Origin: Eledone cirrhosa
Lineage: Eukaryota
Assembly (NCBI GenBank): GCA_964016885.1
Contig: OZ024744.1
Coordinates: forward strand, 69,564,001 to 69,628,000
DNA length: 64,000 bases
Direction: 5' to 3'
The position numbers were made by a program, and so were the translations under genes. Below the pieces are notes generated by a model that had not been told where the DNA came from, did not search any database, and was given only the letters and a program-made list of their open reading frames with translations. Below, piece by piece: positions 24,686 to 38,023 of the stretch (its first letter is position 1; each line of letters opens with the position of its first letter).

Positions 24686-25589
24686 TGTATGTATGTATGT
24701 ATGTATGTATGCATGTATGCATGTATATATGTATGTATGTATGTACGTATGTACGTAAGTACGTATGTATGTATATACGTACTTACGTACGTACGTATGT
24801 ATATGTGTATGTGTGTATGTACGTATGTATGTGTGTATATATGTATATATGTATATATGAATATACGTATATATGTATATATGTATATACGTATATATGT
24901 ATGTATGTAATGTATGTATGTATGTATGTATGTATGTATGTATGTATGTATGTATGTATGTATGTATGTATGTATGTATGTATGCATATATGTATGTACG
25001 TATGTATGTATGTGGTAATGTTTCAGGAATTTCACACGCAAGGTTGTTTTCTAAAGCTGTCTGTAATATCACTGATGGTGCCACTGAATATGTATTTACG
25101 ATATAATAAAAAAAATGTTACGTAAAAACATACTGGTAATTACAAAGATGAATACTGTTTACTTCAGAATACTGTTTTCATTCCTTCCTTTATTTTCCTT
25201 CCTCACCCCAACGACCGACCATCTTTTTTTTTTCTTTAGTCTTTACTTTGTTTAATTTTTTTTTTATTTCATTCTCATTTTTCTTTGCTTTTTAAAAAAT
25301 TTCGTTCTCATTTTTCTTTGATTTAAAAAAAATTTTGTTCTCGTTTTTCTTTGATTTTTTTAAATTTTTTGTTTACCTTATTCGTCTATTATTCACATAC
25401 AAGTGGCCTTTCTACAACAATTGATAGCACCTCCAGATATATTTCTGACCGACTGACTCAGAAATATTTCCCTAACTGCTTTAGTTTTTTTCAACTCCAT
25501 CTTGGAAATCACAAACAACTATCGTTGTAATGTCACGACAAATCACCACCACATATATACACGTATTATCATCAGTGTCATATTTAGGA

Positions 25590-27190
25590 CAAATGAGGTC
25601 GTGTGCTAGTTAAGTTATGAGGCCCATTTTATGGGGTTCTGAATGGGGTAAACAGATTTTTTAGCCGGAAGATGGGCTCTCCTGGCTAACAGGGCCTGTG
25701 CGTAAGTACACCTAAGCTCAATGGTGAATATGGTTCTGCGTTTTATTACACTTCTCCTCACAGTCTCTGGATTGTATGACACATACTGAGAGCTAAAAAC
25801 TCGGAACTTTAAGTCAGATAATACATCACTTTTCGCTAAATATATGTCTGACACCACCAAATATGATGCACCGCAGACTCATTTGAAACAGTTAAGCAGA
25901 TAATCGAAATCAGGTATATAGTGGGGCTCCGAACTACCGCATTTGGGATATCTAGTCGGTATCTGACAGATAATTGGAATTGTTTGATCAGATGTTTAGG
26001 CTCTTGCACTTTCTATCAGCTACTTCTACACACGGTCCCAGTGTGCGTCTAAGATGCCGTTCCAGTCTCCTGATAACATTAAAGGGCGGGACATTCCAAG
26101 AAATGTTTCCAGACAACTGGAGAAATTCGGCAGCTCTGCCCTTGTCATGCCGTAGACGGCCACAAGTATGAAGAAACCATCTTCATTCACTGCTGCTCAT
26201 TCCAAGACCACCAACATACTGTCCAGGTTCAAGAAATTCGGCCGTACTTCGAGGTCCTTGCCTTTCAGAAACACTAATGCTGCTCCTCCTTCCATTCCAA
26301 GCCAACTAAGAAATGCGTAGATCTCAAAATTATCAAAGATGGCCGCTAATGCGCCAATATAGGTGATCCTGGTCTCGTTGATGGCTATCACATATTCAGC
26401 TAATGACCTGTGGGTGATGTTTCTACATGTATTTCTGCGCCCTACATTCATATCTGTCATGATGGTAGGAAAGAGTGGAGATAGAAAGAGAGGTTATCTA
26501 GCCTCCAAGGGATTTAGTGTTGGGTTGAGATAAGGTACTGTTTTTTAGTGTTTTTTAATAGCAGGTTTGTCATGGATTTTAAGGTTTGCCGTCCTCCTCA
26601 CCACGAGATGAGGTTTCTGTATTAGAAATATCAGACTCGGATGCTGCTAGAGGTACGTCCATGTGTATGCCTATGTGTGTGTGTTTGTATTTGAAAGATG
26701 GAGAAGAGGGGGGGAGTAGGAGGAGGAAGTGGGAGGAGGAGAGGGAGACTATGTTGAGAGTTCCTCTGTATGGTGGTTTTGTGTTGGCTTTTGTTTCTGT
26801 TGTTTTACTCGTTGATGTTGCTGCTGTTGTTGTTGCCACAGTTGCTGCCTCAGTTATTACATACTGTTGCTATTATTGATGTTATTGTTATTGTTGATGT
26901 TGTTGGAGCCGTGGTATCGTGGTGTCGGCAGTTGTTGTGGCCTCTTCAACCCCATTTTTGTTTTGGGTAGTAGTCTCTTAGATGATTTGTGGTCTCACAT
27001 AAATGACATTTAGGCTTTCTGCCGTCCAACTTTCTACATAGCCCCTTATTGTTTGGCAGGGGAATAAGGCCCGCGATCTTTTCTATGTTCGTGGGCTTGA
27101 TTTGAAACGGGATCTGATTCCAGAACAGTTCTTCTGCCAAGTCTTCTTCACGCCCAGGAACATATCGGAAAACGCAGGCCCAGCTCCACC
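25590..27190 (-). mobile_element. Decayed L1/Tx1-like LINE 5' part (ORF1 zinc knuckle and APE endonuclease)
   Basis: GRKPKCHLCETTNHLRDYYP knuckle at about 26970-27020. VIAINETRI...GGAALVFLKG at 26260-26390 and the GDWN motif at about 26060 are APE-like. Confidence 0.7.
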
Positions 27191-27789
27191 AAATGACCGA
27201 TACCTAATATTCTTAGCTTGATTATCCTTCTCCAAATGGCGAAGAGGAAAACTCATTGAAGCAAGTGGTGGAGGATGAGGAGTTGTGGTAATTGCTGGTG
27301 GTTTGAGAGGGTTTCAGGGTTGTCAGTGATATTGTTTTCTCTGTTATTCATCAAACGTGTATATTCTTTTATGTTCAAAAAACGAATTTTTTAATTTTGA
27401 TCTTTATTTTTTGTTCTTGTTAGTGTTACGTTTTGTTGTTGATGTGGAGTTGTAGTGGCGGAAATAATGAGAATAGCAGTCAGTCGTGAGAAATGGCTGC
27501 TATTGAAAAAAGAAGGGAAATGTTGATGACAATATGACAATACTCCTACATATTTCTCATTTGTTAGAGCCAAAATTGATACTCTTTTGAAGAAATCTCC
27601 GATGAAAAAAAATCAAAGACTTTCAAATAGAAAATTACTCCTTTGGGCCAGAAGTTTTAGGTCATTTATTTTATTGGCACAAAGAATTTGTCGTTTCTGA
27701 GATACTTGACAATAATTTCCAAAGTAAACGCCTCAGTGACAGCGAAGTGACACACATCGGATGCAAACAAGAACCAATATTAATAATAA

Positions 27790-27960
27790 ATGTTTCTGAT
27801 TCAGACTCAAGGCCAACAATTTTGGGAAAGGGGCAAGTCGATTAAATTGAACTCTGTGCATTACAGGTACTTTATTTGATCGACCTCGTAAGGATAAAAG
27901 ACAAGGCTAACCTCGGTGGGATTTGAATTCAAAACGCAAAGGGGCGTAACTAAATACTAC
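27790..27960 (-). mobile_element. Major-family SINE
   Basis: Reverse of the SINE body (GATCGACCTCGTAAGGATAAAAGACAAGGCTAACCTCGG). Confidence 0.8.
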
Positions 27961-27974
27961 AGTGCATTTTGTAG

Positions 27975-29860
27975 TAGAAAATGAGGGTAAAGTGACTGTG
28001 AGACTTGACCTAATTGTTGAGATCAATAACATCTGGAGAAAAGATACGGCCATTGAAAAAGTGAACGCTGATGGGCTAGGGGAAGATTTTGTTGATATTC
28101 TGAATTTAATGGTGGGTGAAATGAATAATGATACTGGAAAACCTATGAATCTAAGATTTGTAGACAGAAAAAAGGCTAACGGAAGCAACTACTAAGGTAA
28201 ATAAGTTAACCTTATTCCTTGAGGCGTAGAATCTTTACGAATGCAACAACATCCTCAAAGCAACTGCAAATGTGATGGAAAAATTGCTTGGTACCAAAAC
28301 AACAATTGTCGAGCATAATAGACGGGCAGAGTAAATTGAGACTGTTAAAAAGGAGGTTGGTGAACAGGCACACCAACAACCTGAAAATAAATTAATAATT
28401 TAACCAACTGGAAATCACCAGGCTCGGATGTTGTGCAAAGATATTGTATTAAAACTATAACGTCTCTCCAACTGATACTGACGGCCATGTTCAATAAATG
28501 CTTGGTGTTAGGTGAAGTACCGCAATGATTGACAAATGGACCCATGGTTTTAATGATGAAAGACCAAACCAAGTGAAATAATGTTATAGGCTTATTACAT
28601 GACTTGAAGAGGAAATTGCTAACAAGTATTATGTCTGAGAAAATCTACCACCACCTCGACATAAACAACTTATTACTGGAGCAACAGAACGGATGCCAAA
28701 AGAAGTCCTGTGGTACAAAAGACCAGCTACAAGATGATAATAAAGAACTGCAAGAGGAGACATACTAGTCTTGCCATGGGGTGGATAGATTGCAAGAAAG
28801 CATTCAACACCGTTCCTCATTCTTGGATATCCAAGTGTCTGGAAATCTTCAAGGTGGCAGACATCAGACTGCTGTTATTTAATAGCATGAAGACATGGAA
28901 GACAGAGCTAATATCAGAGGAAGGAGGGAAAAATCAAGGGAGGTATCGTCCAAGGAGATAGTCTGTCTCCTTTATTATTTGTCCATACCTTCATACCCTT
29001 GTCCCTCATATTGCAAAAAGTGAAGATAGGATACGAACTGGGAAGAGGAAAGTTTACTATCAACCACCTCCTCTTCATTGATGATCTAAAACTCTTCAGG
29101 AAGAGCGAGAAGGAGTTGGACGTGCCTGTTAACTCAATTTGTATTTTCAGCAATGATATATGTATGGAATTTGGTGTTAATAAGTGCGGAGTCCTAGTGA
29201 TGGGGAGAGATAAATTGAAGAGAAGCAAAGGAATTGAGGTGCCAACGGGTGAAGGGATAAAGGAGATCAACACCGAAGAAGGATATAAGTTTTTGGATGT
29301 TTCGGAGGCATATAGCATCAAGGGCAGTAAAATGAAGGAATTAATAATATTTAAATTAATAAGGAGAGTAAGGAACATATTAAAATCACATCTGAATAGT
29401 CGAAATGCCATGAGTTCAGTAATTCCCGAACTGTGTCTATTATTAGGTACAGTGAGGGAATTCTTAAATGGAATGTAAACGAGCAAAAACAACTAGATAG
29501 AAAGGAAATTAATTACCAACTACAGTATGTTTCATAAGAAGGTTGTTGTTGATAGACTGTACTTAAGGAAATCTGAAGGGAGAAGGGGTCTAATCAGCGT
29601 GGAGGACTGTGTTCAGACGGAGAAGAGCCGTTTACACAAATATGTGTCTGAAAGTAACGAGCTTAAGGCTGTATTGAAGGAGGAGACAATAGACCAGGGG
29701 ATGTCCAAGAAAGAAGTAACAACAAAGAGGAAGAACAACCTGAATGAAAAGGCCATTCATAGCATCTTTTTGAAGAAAACAGAATTCAGTGATCCGCAGA
29801 CAAAAACAACGAAGGAACATTGCAAAGAAAGTTTACAAAAAGTGTAGGGCTTACAAGTGG
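27975..29860 (+). mobile_element. R4/Dong-like LINE reverse transcriptase, decayed
   Basis: NWKSPGSD, MGWIDCKKAFNTVPHSWI, QGDSLSPLLF, INHLLFIDDLKLF, EFGVNKC and DRLYLRKSEGRRGL across stops and frameshifts. Confidence 0.9.
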
Positions 29861-30977
29861 ATCGTACAAAATGAAAACAAAAAACGACAGCATTACTGTA
29901 TACATATATATTTTTTTAATTCCCACAGAATCAACCTCAATATAACAGCTACCACGGCTGTCATTCTTCCACCTATGCGGGCCATGCTCACCGCTCTGAT
30001 CCACCTTTCAACAAATATAATGGAAAGCAACGCTTCCATAGTTACCCGTATTTTCTGTTCCAATTGGTAGTTGAAAAGGTCGATAAAGACTTGCCCCAAC
30101 AAAAATAAGTGTGATCTTCGTCTGTAACTTCTTTAATTTGATGGAAATCAACCATCAAATTAAAAATAAATATGTGTTATCCTTCGTCTACATATCTCGT
30201 ATAATTTTTATGTTCTATATATATTTACTATTTATACATGTCTGAACCTCATCCATCATCATTTATAAAATGTCGTCTTAATTTGTACTCTGTTTTCGAC
30301 ATAGCACAGTTACTACCATTCAATCTAGTTTACCACTTTTGTAAGGTTATAAAGTAGACTTGTGAGATAATTATACAATAGAGCATATATCGTTAAGAAT
30401 TCAGTTAAGAATGCGGTGGATTGGAAAAACTATATAGCATCAAGGTATGTTTTCTACTCTTTCCGTTCTGAGTTCGAATCCCACCGAAATCGATTTTAAC
30501 TATTATGTTTCTGGGGTCGATAAATAAAAAAAATCAGTCAATGTACCGGAGTCAATATAATCGATTATGCCCCCCTCCCCACAAAAGATGTGTGGCCTTC
30601 TGCCAATGATACAAATCTTTAAGGCAGTTAAGAAGATGGATGATAAATTGGAACAAATAGGTTTGTATTTAATTCCTCATTTAGACGTTCTGAGTCCAAA
30701 GAAGGCCAGGTTTTGAACGTTTGTGATATTGTCTTCGTTGTTGTTGTCATTGTTGCTGCTGTCCTCGTCATCGTCGTCATCGTTGTTGCTATTTTTAATG
30801 TTCAACACATGATTGACACCGATTAAGTAGACCTATGAATAAACTTCTTCCTGTCATGACCATCCAACCTTTTTTTAACTTGCACATAGAAGTAAGTTAT
30901 CTAATTCGTCTTGTTGTTAGTGTTTAATCCCAAGTGACTCTTGATCGAACACATTTATGATCGAAAATACTATAGCC

Positions 30978-31267
30978 CAGGCATGGGCAACCTTTTTCGA
31001 GAAGCGGGCCGCATGAGATATGGCTCATCATCAGCCGGGCCACAAGCGCTAATTTACATTCGTGCTTACATAAAAAAAAGGACCGTAACTCAGGTTGTTT
31101 TGATTTGTTTCTTCAGGATTCGTACATGTTGTTTTCCTCGATCGCAAAAATGATAGAAAGATAAATTACGACTGAAAAGTTGAGGTAAAAAAATCAGAAA
31201 GATTTCACTTAGATGACTTAGGCGAGCTACTCAGAAAGCTTCGTGGGCCGGAGGTTGCCCATGACTG
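30978..31267. mobile_element. hAT-type MITE
   Basis: TIRs CAGGCATGGGCAACC / GGTTGCCCATGACTG with an 8-bp TSD CTATAGCC / CTATAGTC. Confidence 0.88.
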
Positions 31268-31348
31268 CTATAGTCGTTCAATTTAGAACTACATGATATT
31301 GTGTATTCTTCATTTTCTAAACGTAATAACGTGTGATTTGAGAGTATG

Positions 31349-31543
31349 CAGACCTGTCAACTCTCTCCGTCCGACAGGGAGATCTCCCACCCACTTTGGG
31401 GTGGGTGAGAGATGTCTTCTCTTGTGAAAATAAGTATAGCTTTCATTATGTAAAATCTCCCCATTTTGCGTAATTTCTTCCCGTTTGGGGGCACTTTTTT
31501 TCATGGTACCTCCCGTTTGGGTTTTTAGAGGTTGGCAGGTCTG
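31349..31543. mobile_element. MITE with CAGACCTG(C/T)CAAC TIRs
   Basis: TIRs CAGACCTGTCAAC / GTTGGCAGGTCTG with flanking AGTATG duplicated. An inverted second copy lies at 37123-37484. Confidence 0.88.
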
Positions 31544-31834
31544 AGTATGTATTTTGGGCTATTAATTATCGATAATTGTTGCTGTTGTTATTTTTGCTGT
31601 TATTACTACTTCTGTGAGGATAAATAGTTGGTAGAATTGTTAGAGAGTCTGACAAATGCTTAGCAGTATTTGTTATCGTTCTTTACGTTCTGAGTTCATA
31701 TACCACCCGGGTCAACTATGCTTTTCATCTTTTCGATGTCGATAAAATAAAATACCAGTAAAAAAAGCCATAGTCAACATAATCGACTTCGCCTTCCTTA
31801 CAAATTGCGGGCCCTGTGCCTAAATTTGTTATTA

Positions 31835-32130
31835 GTGCTTCGGTTGGTTGAAACAGTAAGGAAAAGGAAACTTCAGTATGTTGGTCATGTCATCAGGGCC
31901 CAACATTTGACCACTCACATCCTTGAGGGACGAATACAGGGGAAAAGGGGCTAGGAAAAGGTAGAAAAGGAGATGGACAGATGATATTAAGGAATGGACA
32001 GGAAGGAATTTGGCAGAATGTACGACAATGGCAAGAGACAGGAAAATATGGAGAGTGCTGGTCTATAAGTCCATGACCCCTGACTTTCAGATACGGGGAT
32101 GGAAGAAGAAGAAGAAGAAGAAGAAGAAGA
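31835..32130 (+). mobile_element. RTE LINE 3' fragment with (GAA)n tail
   Basis: RKRKLQYVGHVIR..ILEGRIQGKR and WTDDIKEWTGRNLAECTTMARDRKIWR. Confidence 0.85.
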
Positions 32131-32260
32131 GGGGTGAGGACATATAATGATATGACTGTGTGCTAAAGATATGACTTCGTCAAAACATGGCTTATTTTAA
32201 AGATATGGTTTATTCTAAAGATATGGCTTATTCTAAGGGTGTGTTAGTTTACAAGTATGT

Positions 32261-32525
32261 GACGGCGCGTGGCTTTGTGGTTAGGGTATTTGGCTCATTA
32301 TCATAAGGACACGAGTTCAATTCCCGGCGGCGCGTTGCGTTCTTGAGCAAGACACTTTATTTCACGTTGCTCCAGTCCACTCAGCTGGCAAAAATGAGTT
32401 GCACTTGTAATTCGAAGGGCCAGCCTTCTCACATTCTATGTCATACTGAATCTTGAGAACTACGTTAAGGGTAGGCGTTCCGTTGATCAGGAATACTCGT
32501 CATCGTAACCGACGGAGTGCCACTA
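32261..32525 (+). mobile_element. tRNA-derived CORE-like SINE
   Basis: GCGTGGCTTTGTGGTTAG..GAGTTCAATTCCCGG followed by TTCTTGAGCAAGACACTTTATTTCACGTTGCTCCAGTCCACTCAGCTG. Confidence 0.85.
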
Positions 32526-32656
32526 AACTAATGTGTTAGTTGAGAGGTGTGTGTTAGATAGAGGTGTGCTAGTTTTTAGGTATGCGGAAGTTGAAAGGTA
32601 TGTGTTAGCTTAGATGTGTGTGTTAGTTTAAAGATATATTTTATTCTAAAGGTATT

Positions 32657-33025
32657 AAGGGCGTTGGATTGGCAGTGTCGGTAGAGGGTCGGACGTCATG
32701 CTTTACAGAGTTACGGCTCTTTACGGTTTGAGTTCAAATCCCGCCGAGGTTAACTTTGCTTTTCATCCTTACGGGGTCGATAAAATAAAGTACCAGTAAT
32801 TGCACAGGAGTAAAATAATAGAAACAATTATTATTGGAGCAACAAAGGCGGTGAATTTGCAGTATCAGTAGAGCGTCAGACAACATCCCTTCGGGCATAG
32901 AGTTATGACCCTTTACATTCCAAGTTCAAATCCTGCCAAAGTTAGATTTACCTTTCAACCTTACGGAGTCGATAACATAAAATACTAGTAATGCACTGGG
33001 GTAATTGCTGGCCTTGTGCCAAATT
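32657..33025 (+). mobile_element. Two major-family SINE copies (further diverged copies at 30411-30605 and 31615-31828)
   Basis: Same head and body as 3647-3826. Confidence 0.85.
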
Positions 33026-33602
33026 AAATTATTATAGTTGTTGTAATTATTATTGTCATTATTATCATTAATTGGTGGATATAGCAGTATAGGTTGAACG
33101 TCGGGCAGTATAGGTAGAGCGTCGGGCAATATACTTTGTGACATAGAGTAGAAACAGTTATTATAGAAAATGTATTATTCTTAATATTATAGTTAATTTA
33201 AAGGTGTGTATTATTTAAAGGAAATATAAATATATAATTATTGCAATACTCTGTTTAGAAAAATGATTAGTGAGACGGATTAATAGTCGTGATACTTACT
33301 TCACGTTTGAGTGTTGACAACTCATGGACAACTCATGGACATAGATTGATATATCTAAATGTTGTGATTGATGTGTATAGACAATCAAATAAAGCACGGC
33401 AATTAATTGAGGTTTATTTTATTGCTGAGTCTTGCAGAGTTTAAAGTTAGAAGCAGCTCAAACAGGATTTGAATTTAACGTGCGTAACTTTGAAAATGAA
33501 CGCAAAGTCACATATTTTAAGATTTAAACAGTAGAATGTACAGGCACAATAATTGAAAACAGGTTTTTTAATGTATCGACTTCAGTTGGTTGAAATTTAA
33601 AG

Positions 33603-33770
33603 TACCGTATTTCCCGGCGTCGAAGACACCTACTTTTTTCCTAAAATAAATCTCAAAAATCTACCATGCGTCCTGGAGGCCGAAGGTTGTTTATTATTTT
33701 TTTTTCAAATTTTTGGTTGTCAAAATTAGGGTGCGTCCTCGATGACGAAGCGTCTTCGGCGCCGGGGGAG
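33603..33770. mobile_element. Tc1/pogo (Tigger-like) MITE, right end truncated
   Basis: Starts TA|CCGTATTTCCCGGCGTCGAAGAC and ends GTCTTCGGCGCCGGG (inverted match). Confidence 0.65.
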
Positions 33771-34079
33771 TTATTTAGACTGAAGCATAAAGGGGTGTAG
33801 TTAAATACCGTATGTTATTTTCGTGAACCGATGCTCTACTGATTCTGCCATACACGACATTTCGTTACAAGGATGTACATTTTGATAGGCGGAGTGGGAA
33901 ATTTTGATTATATCAACCCCTATAGTTGCTGACCGTGTTCTGATTTCATCAGCCTCCAGGAAAATGAAACATAAACTCTCCTTCGGCAGTATGTGAATTG
34001 AGAACGTAAAAGGATGAAACTAAATACTTACCGCGTATGCTCTACCGATTCTACAAATCCATCACGTACTTATATTATA

Positions 34080-34740
34080 ATTTCTAATTTAGGCACAAGA
34101 CCTACGATATGTGGGACGGGGAAAATTTGTTTACATTGACTTCAGTATTTTACTGGTACTTTATTTTATCGAACACAGAAGGATGAAAGGCAAAGTTGAC
34201 CTCGGCGAGATTTGAACTCAGAACATAAAGAACCCTAACTATATGACGCAAACCATTTTGTCCGACGCTCTAACGATTCTGTCAATTCCCCACTCTTATA
34301 TAAATATAATGGTTTCTGATTTAGGCACAAAGCCAACAATTTTAGTGGAGGGGAAAGTCGATTAAATCGACCCCGGTACATTACTGGCACTTTATTTTAT
34401 CCACCCCGTAAGGATGAAAGACAAAGCTAACCTCGGCGGGATTTAAACACAGAACGTAAAGGGCCGTAACTTTATGCTGCAAATCATGGTGCCTGGCGCT
34501 CTACCGGTACTGACACTCCACTGCCCTTATATAATAACTTATACTATAGGCACAGGGCCAGCTATTTAGGTGGAGGGGAAAGTCGATTAAATTAACCCCA
34601 GTACATTACTGGTACTTTTTTTAATTGACACTAAGGATGAAAGGCAAAACTAACCTCGGCAGGATTTGAACTGAGAACCTAAAGGGCCATAACTCTATGC
34701 TACAAATCATGGTGTCTGACGCTCTACCGATACCAGCCTT
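34080..34740 (-). mobile_element. Three head-to-tail major-family SINEs
   Basis: Copies at about 34080-34290, 34310-34530 and 34540-34740. Confidence 0.88.
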
Positions 34741-35154
34741 ATATAATAAAACCCATAACTACAGTGATAGTCACATTACAAATCATTCTATGAAGAAAAC
34801 ACAAAACAAAACAAAACAGCCTAAATTAATGAAAATAAAAGCAAAATATAACATCGGCCTACAACAATGGAGAAGGCTAATCTTTCATCACAGATTTCAA
34901 ATACATCATCATTTTATGTCTAACACGTCAAGCTTAGTCTCTAAACATCATAGGCCAGAAATGTGAAATACCCCATTCTTACATTTGAGGAAAATTACCA
35001 ATGGTGTTACATTTTCATTTTCAGCCATTTTATTCTTTTAAAATTAAAATAATACCTACAAGACTATTTTACTTAATATATTAGAATATATCAACATAAA
35101 GAAGCAAAGAACACCTTTAATTACACACACACGCCCCCCCCCCCCCCCGCACAC

Positions 35155-35257
<103 letters not shown>

Positions 35258-35313
35258 TATATAAGGAAAAAAGATGATATCGAAAAGACAGCTGGTGTCA
35301 TTTTAAAAATATA

Positions 35314-35358
<45 letters not shown>

Positions 35359-35684
35359 TGTTATACTTTGGGAGGGCCATGCAGTAAATAACAAGTACAC
35401 ACTCCAGTTGGGTTTCACTTAAAGTTCTTACAAAGCCCATGCAGCACAACCACCTATTTTCTATGTTGCAGTGATAGAATGCGAGAACAAGAGTGTAAGG
35501 TAAGAAGATAATAATAAAGACATAAACAGAGAAACCCACATCACCATAAAACATGGAGTACAAATATCAGTGCAAGGAAACCTTTTCCAGATTAACTCCC
35601 TAAAACAGAGAAAGTATGTCGCATAGATTCTTAAGATAGAAAATAAATATATCAACTGACAATTGTTATTAGCTGAAAAAAAGG

Positions 35685-35910
35685 CTGTAAAGTAGATAAA
35701 CTCCTTATAAAGAATAGTGTGTAAACTTTGAAATGTTATGGAAATGGGAGAACAGTTTGTAATGTATCACTCTTTGACAGTTTTCCTATTTCATAAGCCG
35801 AGAAATGGTATAAGGCAGATAAACTCCTTATGAAGTATAACCTGTAAACTTTAAAAGGTTATGGAAATGGTAGAACAATTTGAAATATATATCTTACTAA
35901 GCAGTTTTTT
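35685..35910. repeat. Diverged tandem duplication, about 123-bp unit, 2 copies
   Basis: AGATAAACTCCTTAT...TGTAAACTTT...GTTATGGAAATGG.AGAACA occurs at 35694 and 35817. Confidence 0.8.
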
Positions 35911-37122
35911 TTTCAGGCTGGTTTATATAAAACACTGACCTAAATGACTGCAGACATGTGTTTTCTCATTTAGTTCAGTATTAGTTGGTTACATCAGGAT
36001 CAACGAAAACTAAGATTTTTCTTTATTTCTGGCTTTTCTGACACTAGTAAGTTAAAGTTTTAATATAATATGGTTATTAGTAGCAGACGTAGGGAATGCA
36101 AGTACAGTCTGGATATTTTCTGTTGCATCCATAGGTCCTTCGCATCAGCAAAGAGGCAGCAATACATTAGAAATGTTGTTTTGTGTAAAAAAGGGCATAT
36201 TTCACACATTTTTTTAATGAAATTGAGTATCAATACAAACAATAGGCATTCTCCCTCTATCTGCTTTCATCGTAAATATAAGGCAATGAATTAAAGACAA
36301 AAGAAAAGAATGAGCTTTTGTGTGCCAATTGTCTGGAGAGAACTAACTAACCAGAATAAATATTGCTGTTTTTATATGGTTCATATTTCTGGCCATAACC
36401 CAAGATCAAATCAAAGATAGACCACTCAGACTTGAATATAATTATAAGCCTTGCACATCATTGTAATGAAATGCCTGTTTCTGTATTTAATAATTAAGAT
36501 ACCATACTTGTATTTGAGTGCTGTTCATAAGAGGGAAGCACTGATAATGAAACTTACACAATGGGCTTATATAAGTGTTTCTAAACCTTTCACCCAATCT
36601 CAATTAAATGACTTCGTATGCAGTTTAGATCTTCCGAAAACCTCATCAGTATTATTGCGACACAGCTCCGGGAAGAATATTTAGTTTTTATCGATATAGA
36701 GAAAAGTATCTCTGTGATATTGTAATACGACGGGATGTAAAAATGAATCAGATAATTTGTGAATGTTTATTAAATATGTAATGGAATTATGTTTAATGAT
36801 TTTTCAAAGAAAGTTATGAAATCTTGAAAGTGGATCTGGAAAAGGTTGAAATACATCAAAGATAATTGGATATGTGAAGATGTGCAGTCATTCACATGAC
36901 AACAAAGAAGTAACACGAGATTTCCTTATTTGTTTTTCTGTTTTTATCACTGAGTGAAAAATAAATTGTCCGAAAGAAAATATGTTGGTGTTGGTAGGCA
37001 TAACACTATATTAAAATAACAAGCCTCTGCCAGCACTTCACATCAAACTGGGGTTGTTGTAACATTTTGTAATATTTGGTAAACAATTTGTAATAATTAT
37101 GTGGACAATGTTGTGCTTTGAG

Positions 37123-37484
37123 CAGACCTGCCAACCTCTAAAAACCCAAACGGGGAGTACCATGAAAAAAAAGGGTCCCAAAATGGGGAGATTTTACATA
37201 ATTGTTTCTACTTTTGGCACAAGGCCAGCAATTACCCAATACATTACTGGTACTTTATTTTATCGACCCCGTAAGGATGAAAGGCAAAGTTAACCTCGGC
37301 GGGATTTGAACTCAAACCATAAAGGGGCGTAACTCTTTGCTGCAAAGTATAGCGTCAGACCCTCTACCGATACTGCCAATCTACATAATGAAAGCTATAT
37401 TCATTTTCACAAGAGAAGACACCTCTCACCCACCCCAAAATGGGAGGAAGATCTCCCCGTAGGACGGGGAGAGTTGACAGGTCT
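37123..37484. mobile_element. MITE (copy of 31349-31543) interrupted by a major-family SINE at about 37200-37382
   Basis: TIRs CAGACCTGCCAAC / GTTGACAGGTCTG with flanks CTTTGAG / CTTTAAG. Confidence 0.88.
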
Positions 37485-37801
37485 GCTTTAAGTCAAGAGA
37501 TATTAAATACAGCTATTCTTCAAGAGTTTAAAATAAAAGTATTAATGAGAGATGAACTATTTATGAATGTGCTAAAAACCTCTTGAGTAAAATACCTGGT
37601 TAACATACGTAGAAGTTGTGAAAAACGTTGGGGGAAGAACAAATCCCAAAACTTTAAAGATCTGATGAATAAGTTACTCGTTATTAGATTGTAAAATCAT
37701 AAGGAGTTAAAACGCATTTCCGCAGCAATCATTTCGAATATTTCTCAGATAATTTAGAGTTTGTTAATGAAGCACTAGGAGAGCGTTTCTACGTATAACT
37801 A

Positions 37802-38023
37802 CAGGTAAAATTCCGTTATAACGAATACCATTATAACGAATTTTTTTATAGCCCGTGAATTTCGTTATAACGTAATTTCACTGTATTAAAACAGGGGTTT
37901 CCACCAAGACATACATATAACTACAGGTAAAATTATGTTATAACGAATACTATTATAACGAATGTTTCCGTATAACGAATTTTTTTTATACCCCGTGAAT
38001 TTCGTCATCACGGAATTTCACTG
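37802..38023. mobile_element. Two tandem pogo/Tigger-like mini-MITEs
   Basis: TA|CAGGTAAAATT..GTTATAACGAA ... TTCGT..AATTTCACTG|TA at 37802-37883 and 37923-38023. Confidence 0.8.
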